64,000 nt of DNA, from assembly GCA_963790475.1 (NCBI GenBank), contig CAWBOS010000010.1:1312001-1376000 (forward strand), read 5' to 3'. The notes under the pieces were generated by a model that saw nothing but the letters and a program-made list of their open reading frames with translations, was not told the origin of the DNA and did no database searches. The DNA comes from an uncultured delta proteobacterium. Its GTDB lineage: Bacteria; Desulfobacterota; RBG-13-43-22. Below, piece after piece: positions 31,029-40,800 of the stretch (positions within the stretch are counted from its first letter, which is position 1; every line of letters begins with the position of its first letter). The translations under genes and the position numbers were made by a program.

Positions 31029-31205
31029 TTCACCACAGAGTCGCAAAGAGCGCAGAGGTAGAATATTTTTTCTTTCCGCTGAGAAGGCGGAAAGGGAAAA
31101 GAGCTCTATGCATTTGCCTGCCCCTCACAGGCAAATGCAAAATCTTACTTGGCGTACTCGGCGTCTCTAACGAGTCCTGTTTTTATCAGGGCGAGTGGGC
31201 GGTGG
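31029..31205. repeat. Twin-hairpin element, copy B
   Basis: TTCACCAC...GCGGTGG ends; stems with loops TGAGAAG (31080-86) and CCCCTCA (31121-27). Confidence 0.7.
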
Positions 31206-31222
31206 CCATAATTGCTTAACGA

Positions 31223-34200
31223 ATGATCGGAGAAAACTCGGATATGCCTGCTGATGAAAAAAATATTCCGGAGGGAACCATCACTCTTTTTATCATTGAT
31301 TTGGTGGGTTCCACCGGTCTCAACCAATCCTTAGGGGATGAGGTTTACGCCACTGTAGAGCGCGGAATTAAAAAAATAGCTTTTGAGCTGATATCCACGA
31401 ACAACGGCATCGTCTTTAAGGATACCGGTGATGGTCTGATGGCGGCCTTTCGGTCGGCCCGCAAGGCCGTGGGGTGTGCCAGGGAGTTCCAGCGGTCGGT
31501 CGCCCAGCGCAATCGAACCCAGGGCGGGGCACCTATTAGATTGAGGATCGGTCTTCACACCGGAGAGGTTCTCGCCGAGAATGGCGACTTCCGGGGCGAG
31601 ACCGTGATCATCACCAAAAGAATCGAGGAGGTGACCCCTCCCGGAGCGATATATGCTTCCGAGACGGTCCATGGTGTTTTGGGCACCACACGCACAGAGT
31701 TAGAGGATCGGGGCGAATTCGAGTTGAAAGGAATCACTGCGCCCTGGCGTCTTTACGAGGTACCATGGGTCGAGATGGAAGCCGGCAGGGTCCTTCCTCA
31801 CAATGAGCCGACGCCCTTTGTGGGGCGATCGATGGAATTCTCACACCTGCTCGAATTGGTCGAGCGAACCAAGAAGTCATCAGGTAGCATGGTTTTTATC
31901 GGAGGCGAGGCCGGGATCGGAAAGACCAGGCTGACCGAGGAGACTGCCAGGGAAGCAAGGCGATTAGATCTGCTGGTTCTGACCGGTCATTGTTTGGAGA
32001 TGGAAAATGCCCCGCCCTATCTTCCGGTCATAGAGCATATTGAGCAGGCCGCCCGTATAATCTCCCCGGAAACCTTGCGCAAGACACTGGGAGATAATGC
32101 CCCCGAAGTCGCCAAATTAGTTCCGGAGCTCAGAAGACGTTTCCAGGATATCCCCGATCCGGTGGCACTTCCTCCCGAGCAGGAGCAGCATTTTCTAATA
32201 CACGGAGTGTGCCAGTATATTGAACGGGCGGCCCAGGTAAAGCCTTTGCTTCTGATTTTCGAGGACCTCCACTGGGCCGATGAATCCACCCTGCTGCTCC
32301 TCGATCATCTGGCCAAACGCCTCCCTGAGATCGGTGTTCTGGTGATCGGGACTTATCGTCATACCGAAGTGAAACCCGGCAGTCCATTGGCCACGGCCCT
32401 GCCCAATCTCCTTCGCCAGCGGCTGGCCGAGGAAATCCTCCTTAAAAGGTGTACGGAGGAGCAGGTCTCTGCCTTGCTTAAAGCACGGGCCGGCAATTCT
32501 CCACCTCAGGAGCTGGTCTCTCTTTTCTGTTACGAGACCGAGGGCAATCCTTTCTTCGTCGAAGAGCTGTTTCGCCACCTGCACGAAACAGGAAAGCTCT
32601 TTGATGATGAGGGTCGTTTCAAATCCCTGGCCTCTATTCCCGATACGGAAGTTCCCCGGAGCGTTCGGCTGCTTATCAGCCGGCGACTTCAGGGCGTCAG
32701 CAAAGCCTGCCAGGGCGTACTCACTAATTCCGCCTGCCTGGGCGGCAATTTCGATTTCAATCTGATTTCCCGGCTTACCGATCTCGACGATGATGCCCTT
32801 CTTTCCGCGCTCGACGAAGCCGTAGAGGCGAACATCCTTCGGGACATTTCTTCCGGCCGAGAGGCGCGTTATAACTTTACCCATGAGCAGATACGCCAGA
32901 CGCTGCTGGCCGAGATTTCGACCCCTCGCCGTCAGAGGCTGCACTATAACATTGCCAACACCATGGAGCAGTTCTACGGTGAGGACGTTGAAAAATATTG
33001 TTCTGAGATTGCCCACCATTTCTACCAGGCCGGAGCCCTGGCCGATGGCTCTCGAACCGCACGGTACTTACTGCTGGCCGGCGAACGGGCACGGGCCGCC
33101 TCGGCCTTTGATGAGGCGATTAAGATGTTTGACAGCGCCGAAACGGTACTGCCGTCGGGTGATTCCGCCGCACTGGCCGGTATCTATTATTCCCGGGGGA
33201 TGGCCTTACGGGGATTGGGGCGGATGGAAAAGGCCTTGACGGCCTTTCAGCACTCCATAGATCGGCTGCCACCCGGAAAGGTTCAGGATCAGTCCATCCA
33301 GGCCAGGGCCAATCTTCTGCTGGACCTTTACCGCGGTCATGAAGCGGTCCGGGATTTAGAAAAGCTGCTCTCCAGAGCGCGGGAGACCGGGGACAAGGCC
33401 CAAGAAATGGAATCCCTCCTGGACCTGGGCAGGGCCTGTTACATTATCTCCCTTAACGAACCGGAGGGCGGGGAGCGCGTCCTTAAGTGTTATGAACAAG
33501 CCTACCGGATCGCCAAAGATATGGGGAATAAAACGGGGATGGTGCGCGCCTTGCTTCCCACCCAGCATCTGGTCGATTATTGGCTGGATTTTCGGGAGCG
33601 GGCCAAGGCCAACGTCGAAGAAGCCGCCGGGCTGGCGAAGGAGATCAAAAAAGAGGAACTCATCTGCGACTGTACTCAAGCCCGGTTTCGCTTCCTCAGC
33701 CCTAAGGCAGTAAATACGATGACCGCTGCACTCCTTGAAAAAATTAAAGCCCTCCGTGATCCGCTTCGTCTGAAGGAATATTACTTTTATCTCATGTGGC
33801 ATTACCTTCGCCTGGGTGCATTTGACCGAAGTGTTGAGGCTTGTGACGCGGGGATAAAACTCGCCGACGAACTGGGGGCGAAACCGGTGCAATACAACAC
33901 CATAAAGACCCTGGCCCTGATTAATCTCGGCCGATACAGGAAGGCCTGGGATGCCCTCCAAGAAGAGGTTACGGAAGAGTCCTTCGGTTTCGCTATGCAG
34001 CAGTACGGAATGACTTTTTATTTGATGGACCTGTTTTCTTTTAGGCAGGCGGCTGAGCAGGCCCAGAGGACCTCTGAGTTGGCCAAAAAGCTCAACCGGG
34101 CCTGGATGAGAAGAGGAGTGCAGAATATACGTGTCCTTTCGCTGGCCCGTCTTGGAACTCTGGATGATTCGACGCTGGGGGAGATTCAGCAGGATCTACG

Positions 34201-34636
34201 ATCTTTCGGTGCTGCGCTCGGGCGGCCCACCATGGCCGAAATCCTGTTGATGAAGGGATCCCTTGAAGAGGCCTTAAAGATGTCGGAAGAGGCGAATGCT
34301 GAAGCCGAAAAAGCCGGAACAAACCTCAACCTGATACCGGGCCTTGAATTGTCAATCCGCATCCTCCTCGGCCTGAACAGGCCGGCTGAGGCCCTAACCG
34401 TGGCTGATGAAGCACGCCAAAAAGCCGAGCAAAGCGGTTATCGACCGCTGCTCTGGCGCATCTTAATCGGGCGAGGCCAGGCCCGGAAAAGGCTGGGAGA
34501 TGAACAGGGCGGGACTGAAGATTATCTGGCCGCGGCCAGGATTTTAAATGAGCTTATGGAGACCATCCCCAACGCAAAACTGCGGCGGGATTTTGAGACC
34601 AATCCGCTCGTAGCACCGATTTTGGCGGAGAAGTAG
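31223..34636 (+). CDS. STAND protein 5: class III cyclase + STAND ATPase + TPR (no zinc ribbon)
   Basis: LFIIDLVGST, FKDTGDG, RIGLHTG; GEAGIGKT, FEDLHWAD, EGNPFF, FTHEQ. Confidence 0.9.
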   Translation: MIGENSDMPADEKNIPEGTITLFIIDLVGSTGLNQSLGDEVYATVERGIKKIAFELISTNNGIVFKDTGDGLMAAFRSARKAVGCAREFQRSVAQRNRTQGGAPIRLRIGLHTGEVLAENGDFRGETVIITKRIEEVTPPGAIYASETVHGVLGTTRTELEDRGEFELKGITAPWRLYEVPWVEMEAGRVLPHNEPTPFVGRSMEFSHLLELVERTKKSSGSMVFIGGEAGIGKTRLTEETAREARRLDLLVLTGHCLEMENAPPYLPVIEHIEQAARIISPETLRKTLGDNAPEVAKLVPELRRRFQDIPDPVALPPEQEQHFLIHGVCQYIERAAQVKPLLLIFEDLHWADESTLLLLDHLAKRLPEIGVLVIGTYRHTEVKPGSPLATALPNLLRQRLAEEILLKRCTEEQVSALLKARAGNSPPQELVSLFCYETEGNPFFVEELFRHLHETGKLFDDEGRFKSLASIPDTEVPRSVRLLISRRLQGVSKACQGVLTNSACLGGNFDFNLISRLTDLDDDALLSALDEAVEANILRDISSGREARYNFTHEQIRQTLLAEISTPRRQRLHYNIANTMEQFYGEDVEKYCSEIAHHFYQAGALADGSRTARYLLLAGERARAASAFDEAIKMFDSAETVLPSGDSAALAGIYYSRGMALRGLGRMEKALTAFQHSIDRLPPGKVQDQSIQARANLLLDLYRGHEAVRDLEKLLSRARETGDKAQEMESLLDLGRACYIISLNEPEGGERVLKCYEQAYRIAKDMGNKTGMVRALLPTQHLVDYWLDFRERAKANVEEAAGLAKEIKKEELICDCTQARFRFLSPKAVNTMTAALLEKIKALRDPLRLKEYYFYLMWHYLRLGAFDRSVEACDAGIKLADELGAKPVQYNTIKTLALINLGRYRKAWDALQEEVTEESFGFAMQQYGMTFYLMDLFSFRQAAEQAQRTSELAKKLNRAWMRRGVQNIRVLSLARLGTLDDSTLGEIQQDLRSFGAALGRPTMAEILLMKGSLEEALKMSEEANAEAEKAGTNLNLIPGLELSIRILLGLNRPAEALTVADEARQKAEQSGYRPLLWRILIGRGQARKRLGDEQGGTEDYLAAARILNELMETIPNAKLRRDFETNPLVAPILAEK

Positions 34637-34721
34637 TAACTTGTAAAATGCCTTCAGAAAAATATTAGGAATCAAAAGGAAGCCTTCCCCCTCGTGGGGT
34701 GTATGGACCGAGGTGGATTGA

Positions 34722-34762
34722 CTTCCTCCCCCTTGAGGGGGGAGGATTGAGGTGGGGGTGAA
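34722..34762 (-). repeat. GC-rich REP-like palindrome (CACCCCCACCT..CCTCCCCC..GGGGGAGG family)
   Basis: cttcctcccccttgaggggggaggattgaggtgggggtgaa; related halves occur at 45617-45733. Confidence 0.6.
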
Positions 34763-34830
34763 AAGAAAAATTTGTATTGGGGAGAGGGATATGAATTGTG
34801 ACAATACGGTGAAACAGGAAAGGAGAGAAT

Positions 34831-36033
34831 ATGAATAATTCACCAACACTTTGTTACGGCACGCCGGAGGAGGCGGGAATGCTTCCTGAGCGTATCGAAA
34901 GAGTCAAACGGCTGGGCGCGGGCTGGGTAGCTGACGGTCATACCCCATCCTTGGTTATACTGGCAGCCAGGAAAGGTATCATTTTCTTACATGAAGCTTA
35001 TGGCGTTCTAACCCCTGAGGCGGGTTCGCCGCCACTCCGGCTCGACTCCATCTTCCCCCTCTCATCCCTCACCAAACCGGTTACGGCCACCGCGGTCATG
35101 ATCCTGGTAGAGGACGGCCTGCTGGGCCTGAACCGCCCTCTCGTCGATTATATCCCTGAAATCTGTGGTGAGGGCACAGAAGAGGTCCTGGTCCATCACC
35201 TGCTCACCCATACCTCCGGTTACAACGGTGAGGCCTTACTTGCCTTTATGATCGAAAGAAGAGGAAAATGGCCGGAGTTTCCGCCTTGTCCTGAAAACCA
35301 ACACCCTTTAATCCATGAACTCCTCCATCGTCAATACCCGGCGCCACTCCATAAAACGCCAGGGGTGGAGATGTCTTATTGTGACCATAATTATCTTTTG
35401 CTGGGGGAGATCGTCCGACGGGTGAGCGGCTCTTCTCTGGCCGATTTTGCCGCGGAGAGGATCTTTCAGCCCCTCGGCATGAGCGACACCTATTACATTA
35501 TCCCCCAATCTCTGGAGGCAAGAATTGTCAAGCGGCTGGCGGATGCGCCTTATGCCAAACGCGAAAGCCGTTTCTACGAAGGTCTGAATTCGCGTCAAAT
35601 CCAGGAGACGCCTTATGGACACGCCGGTGTCTTCTCCACGGTCATGGATATGGCCGTTTTCGGTCAGATGTTCCTTAATGGCGGCCGGTATGGAGATAAG
35701 CGCATCTTAAGCCGGCCAACCGTCTCGGAGATGACCCGGAATCAGATCTCGGGTATCGGCCTTGATTGGTTTGGGACCTTTATACCCGAGGCCTCCTGGG
35801 GTTATGGCTGGGGAGTGACTGGCAATACAAAATGGAAGTACTTTCGGGGAAGTCTGAATCCATCAAAATCATTCGGGCACCCGGGCGCCGGGGGGGCCGG
35901 TTTATTTGTAGACCCCGTGCAGCAAATCGTACTCGCTTACTTTACAGTTACGCTCGAAGCCACACCGCGGTTAGAGCAGAAAACCGACTTTGACCTGTTT
36001 GAGAATTTGATCTACTCCTCTATGAATGAATAG
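34831..36033 (+). CDS. Serine hydrolase, beta-lactamase family
   Basis: SLTK, LLTHTSG, IFQPLGMSDT, FGHPG. Confidence 0.9.
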   Translation: MNNSPTLCYGTPEEAGMLPERIERVKRLGAGWVADGHTPSLVILAARKGIIFLHEAYGVLTPEAGSPPLRLDSIFPLSSLTKPVTATAVMILVEDGLLGLNRPLVDYIPEICGEGTEEVLVHHLLTHTSGYNGEALLAFMIERRGKWPEFPPCPENQHPLIHELLHRQYPAPLHKTPGVEMSYCDHNYLLLGEIVRRVSGSSLADFAAERIFQPLGMSDTYYIIPQSLEARIVKRLADAPYAKRESRFYEGLNSRQIQETPYGHAGVFSTVMDMAVFGQMFLNGGRYGDKRILSRPTVSEMTRNQISGIGLDWFGTFIPEASWGYGWGVTGNTKWKYFRGSLNPSKSFGHPGAGGAGLFVDPVQQIVLAYFTVTLEATPRLEQKTDFDLFENLIYSSMNE

Positions 36034-36130
36034 CTTAAATTGAGGCGGAGGTATCGGGGAATTAACCCTGTTGGGATTAAAATAAAAATCAAATCGTTTC
36101 AAAACCTTCATCCAAAAAGGAGACACAGCC

Positions 36131-37666
36131 ATGCAAGACTATCCGTGGTGGAATGAGACCCAAAAAAAGCTGATGCGGGATGTCCAAATGTTTACCAACG
36201 ATGTTCTCCTTCCCCTGGGAGAAAAATGCGTTTATAAAAAGGAATACCCTTGGGAAGCCATGCGGGAAATCGGAAAAAAGGGTTGGCTCGGAGCGACGAT
36301 TCCCCAGAAATATGGGGGTCATCAAGAGGAGTGGGGTGTAACCGGGGCTTGCATTCTTTTGGAAGAAATCAGTCGGGCCGGAGTATTATCCTCTGGTTAT
36401 TCTACAACACTGATCGGGGCCACACATCAAATTGTTCATGACGGCACCGAAGAGCAGAAACAGAGATGGTTACCCAGGATTGCCAAAGGAGAGCTTCAAG
36501 GTTGTATCACCATGACCGAACCCTATGCCGGTTCGGATATAGCGTCCATAGAAACTACCGGCGTCCAGGAAGGGGATTTCCACCTGGTGAATGGAATAAA
36601 AAGGTTCCAGACGAATGCGGCTGCGGCCGATCTTTACATGACCTATGTAAAGACCACCAAAGACCCGAAAGAGATCAGAAGTTACCATCACCTGACGGGG
36701 ATGATTATTGAAAAAGGGACGCCGGGATTCAAAGTTGAGCGGGTAAACGATTGGATGGGCAGCAGCGGAATGTACAACTGTTACCTGCGGTTTGACAACG
36801 CTAAAGTGCCCGTCGGTAACGTGATTGGAGGGCAAGGGAACGGCTGGCGGGTGATGATGAGTGGATTGAATATCGAGCGCGCCATCGGCGCCGCCGGCAA
36901 TTTGGGCCAAATGAGAGAGGCGATGCGCTACGCCAAGCAGCACCTGGAAAGACGCGTCCAGTTTGGGCAAACGACCGGTTCCATAACGACCAACCAATTC
37001 AAGCTGGCGGATATGTATTCCAAATTTCAACTGGCCCGCCTTTTGATCTATTATACGGCTTACTGCGCTGATTTGGGACGGGAAGTTCCCATTGAAGCAG
37101 GTTTAGCCAAGCTTTATGGTTCCGAAGTAGCCCTTGAGATTGCTTTGGATGCCATCCAGTGCATGGGCGGGAACGGAGCCATGCAGATTTATCCCGTGGA
37201 ACGATATATGCGGGATGCCAAACTTGGGCAGATCGCGGCCGGGACAAGTGAAGTGCTAAGGCTTTTGATCTACCGGATGGGAAATCGATATTTTGCCGAG
37301 GATTTAAAAGCCCCGGTGCGTATGATCGATGATGAATTAAAAATGCCTTTGCCCATAGGGAAGCTTCCTCCCCCGCAGAAAGTAAGAGAGGAAATGGATG
37401 TTTTAAAGGTTCTGGCCGAGAACTATCGAGTGAATCCCGGCCTGCACATGACCCTTTCCGACATCAAGCAATTCTTAGATGCCCCGGATGAGGCTTTGCT
37501 GAAATATTTGGCTTCTTTGGAAGAGAAAGAAATGGTTTCCCAGTTAAAAAATAAAAAAGGCGAGGTGGAATTGGTCAAGGCGACTTTAACGGGTATCAAA
37601 GAAGCCAATCCTCCGGATTATTATCGGCATATCCCTTCCTGGGTATTGCCCAAGGATGTTTTTTAA
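36131..37666 (+). CDS. Acyl-CoA dehydrogenase with an approximately 120 aa C-terminal extension
   Basis: MTEPYAGSD, NGIKRF, LNIER, RVQFG, AIQCMGGNG, ERYMRDAK..IAAGTSE. Confidence 0.9.
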   Translation: MQDYPWWNETQKKLMRDVQMFTNDVLLPLGEKCVYKKEYPWEAMREIGKKGWLGATIPQKYGGHQEEWGVTGACILLEEISRAGVLSSGYSTTLIGATHQIVHDGTEEQKQRWLPRIAKGELQGCITMTEPYAGSDIASIETTGVQEGDFHLVNGIKRFQTNAAAADLYMTYVKTTKDPKEIRSYHHLTGMIIEKGTPGFKVERVNDWMGSSGMYNCYLRFDNAKVPVGNVIGGQGNGWRVMMSGLNIERAIGAAGNLGQMREAMRYAKQHLERRVQFGQTTGSITTNQFKLADMYSKFQLARLLIYYTAYCADLGREVPIEAGLAKLYGSEVALEIALDAIQCMGGNGAMQIYPVERYMRDAKLGQIAAGTSEVLRLLIYRMGNRYFAEDLKAPVRMIDDELKMPLPIGKLPPPQKVREEMDVLKVLAENYRVNPGLHMTLSDIKQFLDAPDEALLKYLASLEEKEMVSQLKNKKGEVELVKATLTGIKEANPPDYYRHIPSWVLPKDVF

Positions 37667-37767
37667 GTTGCCCCTATTCAACCTGTATTCAATTAATTTC
37701 GGCCTGGGGTCGATCCTTACCAATTCATTTGGGGAAGACCCCCCCACCTTTTCTTAACTCAAAGAGA

Positions 37768-37829
37768 TATGAAAAGGAATTAACCGCGCTTCAATAGATG
37801 AACTTAATTCTGACTACCGGAGGTAGAGG
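37768..37829 (+). pseudogene. 3' stub of a STAND gene (YEKELTALQ*) plus its conserved 32 bp spacer
   Basis: Homologous to 20367-20428: same peptide, same-length spacer atgaact.aattctgactaccggaggtaga. Confidence 0.8.
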
Positions 37830-40800
37830 ATGAAATGCCCGAAATGCCGTACTGAAAATCCAGAATTGAGGAAGTTCTGCAAGGAGTGCGGAACAAAGCT
37901 TTTATTGGTCTGTCCTAATTGTCATTTTGAAAATGCTCCCGGAGATAAATTCTGCGGCGAGTGCGGTCATGATCTTAGCCAACCTAAAGAAGCCTCCCCG
38001 CTGGATTACTCCGCCCCCCAATCCTACACCCCCAGGCATCTGGCGGAAAAGATCTTGACCCATCGTAGTGACCTTGAGGGAGAGCGGAAGATCGTCACCG
38101 TCATGTTCGCCGACGTAGCGGGCTTTACGTCCCTCTCAGAAAAGCTGGACCCTGAGGAAGTTCACCGGATCATGGACGGCTGCTGTCGTATCCTGGTCGA
38201 TGAAATCCACCGCTGCGAGGGAACGGTCGGCGAATTCCGGGGTGACGGGGTGATGGCCCTGTTTGGCGCGCCCATTGCCCACGAAGATCATGCCCAGCGG
38301 GCCTGTCATGCCGCCTTGGCCATTCAACAGGCCCTGGTCCCTTATGGCCGGGAAATCCAGCGAAGATACGGGATGGATTTTAAAATACGCATGGGCCTCA
38401 ACTCCGGCATGGTGGTGGTGGGGAGTATCGGGGATGATCTGCGGATGGATTACACGGCCATGGGTGATACCACCAATCTGGCCGCCCGGATGGAAACCAG
38501 TGCTCGGCCCGGCGGCGTACTGGTGTCCAATAACATTTACCGGCAGACCAAAGAGTTCTTTGAATTCTCTTCCTCCGAATCCTTACAGGTCAAGGGAAAA
38601 CAAGAGCCGGTCGAGGCCTACCAACTCTTGAGACCCAGCCAGGTGCACACCAGGATCGCCGCTTCCACGGCCAAAGGTCTTACCAGGTTTATGGGCCGCA
38701 GCCGGGAGATGGAAACCCTTTCCGAGGCCTTCGAAAAGGTTGGGTCCGGAGAAGGCCAGGTGGTCGGCATCGTCGGCGAGGCCGGGGTGGGTAAATCGAG
38801 ACTGCTGCTGGAGTTCCGCCATCTTCTCCCGAAAGGCTACTGGTATTTTGAAGGTCAATGCCTGCACTACGGCGGGGCCATGCCCTATTTGCCCATGCTC
38901 GATGTTCTGCGGTCCTTCCTGGATGTCAAAGAAGGGGAACAGGAACATGTAGTCCGGCAGAAGCTGAAAGAGAGGATCCTGGGGCTGGATGAAAATCTCC
39001 GACCCATCATCCCGCCCATCCAGGAACTCCTGTCTCTCCAGGTCGATGATCAAGCCTACGCCAGGCTGGAGCCGAAACAAAAGAGAGAAAAAACCTTTGA
39101 GGCCATCCGCGACCTGTTGATCCGGGGCAGCCAGGATCGGCCCCTGATCCTGACCATTGAAGACCTGCATTGGATCGATAAGACCAGCGAAGAATTTCTA
39201 AGCTATATGATCGGCTGGCTGCCGAGGACCCGCATCCTCCTCCTGCTCCTCTATCGTCCTGAATACACCCATCAGTGGGGAAACAAATCCTATTACCAGA
39301 GGATCGGTCTGGAACAGCTCACTACCAACACCAGTGCCGAGCTGGTGGGAGCGATCCTGGATGGAGACGTGGTGCCCGAGCTGCGGGATTTGATCCTGAC
39401 CCGGGCTGCCGGAAACCCGCTATTCATGGAGGAACTGACTTATAACTTATTGGACAACGGCACCATTCAAAAAAAAGATAATCATTTTATCCTGGCCCAA
39501 GACGTCTCCCGTCTCCAGGTCCCGGACACCATCCAGGGGATCATAGCCGCCCGCATGGACCGTTTGGAAGAAAGTCTCAAACGAATCATGCAGGTGGCGG
39601 CGGTGATCGGCCGGGAGTTCGCCTTCCGCATCCTGGAAACCATCCTGGAAATGAAAGAGGGGCTTAAGTCCGGGCTGGTCAACTTACAGGGGTTGGAATT
39701 CATCTACGAAAAAAATCTCTTCCCCGAGATGGAGTATATCTTCAGACACGCCCTGGTGCAGGAGGTAGCCTACAACAGCTTGCTGATCGCCCGCCGGAAG
39801 GAAATTCATGAGAAGATCGGCCAGGCCATTGAAGAGCTTTATCCGAAAAGGCTGGAAGAATTCTACGAGATGCTGGCCTATCATTATTCCCGGAGCGATA
39901 ACCATGATAGGGCCTGTCGCTTTCTGAAGTTGTCGGGAATCAAGTCCATTCGAAATCATTCACTTTGGGAGGCCTTTCGATTTTTCCAGGAAGCCCTAAG
40001 CTTCCTCAAAAAGATGCCGCAAACCGAAGGAAACAAAAGGGAGCAGGTTGAGGTCATTTTATTAATGGCCGTCCCGACGAGACTCCTGGCCTATCCGGAA
40101 AATTCCTTCGAATTCCTTCGGGAGGGTGAAAGGCTGGTCAAAGGTCAAGGGATCGGAGATGGAAAAAACAGGGCATCTTTAAACTACTTCACGGGCATGT
40201 ATTATTCGGTTAAGGGAAATCATCTGCTGGCCAGAAAATATCAGGAAGATTCTTTTGCCGATGCCGAAAAATTACAGGATATTGAAATCATGGCCCCTGT
40301 GACCCATGGCCTCTGCGTTGCTTATCTCATGGAAGGAGAACATGAAAAAATAGTAAACAAAGCGCCCAGAACCATCGCCTTGCTGGAAAAAACTCACCGG
40401 GAATCCGATTTTTTTAGGTCAACCGCCAATATCTATGCGATGCTCCAAGCCCATTATGGGGAGAGCCTGGCATGTTTAGGGGAGTTCAGGGCTGCAGAGC
40501 CCATATGTGAAAAAGCACTTTCTTTTGCCCAGGGGCTCAACCATTTTTTTACCATTGCCATGGTTGAAAGTCTATTTGGGGCTTTATTCATGGTGAAGGG
40601 AGATGGGGAAAAGGCTGTGAAACATTTCCAAGGCGAAATAGAATATCTTGAAAAATCGCAAACGGCACTCTATTTGCCTTTGGCTTGGGGTTCCCTCGGA
40701 CACGGATATTATTTGGTCGGTGAGCTTACCAGTGCCTTAAAATGCACGGAAAAGGCTTTTAAGATGCAGCAAGACATCGGAATACCCTTTTTTTTGTCCT

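Noticed and set aside
30314-36069. 13 bp repeat GGGAATTAACCCT upstream of two cargo genes (30314 and 36057)
   Set aside because: Only two copies, and a match this short can arise by chance; not enough to call an operator or att site
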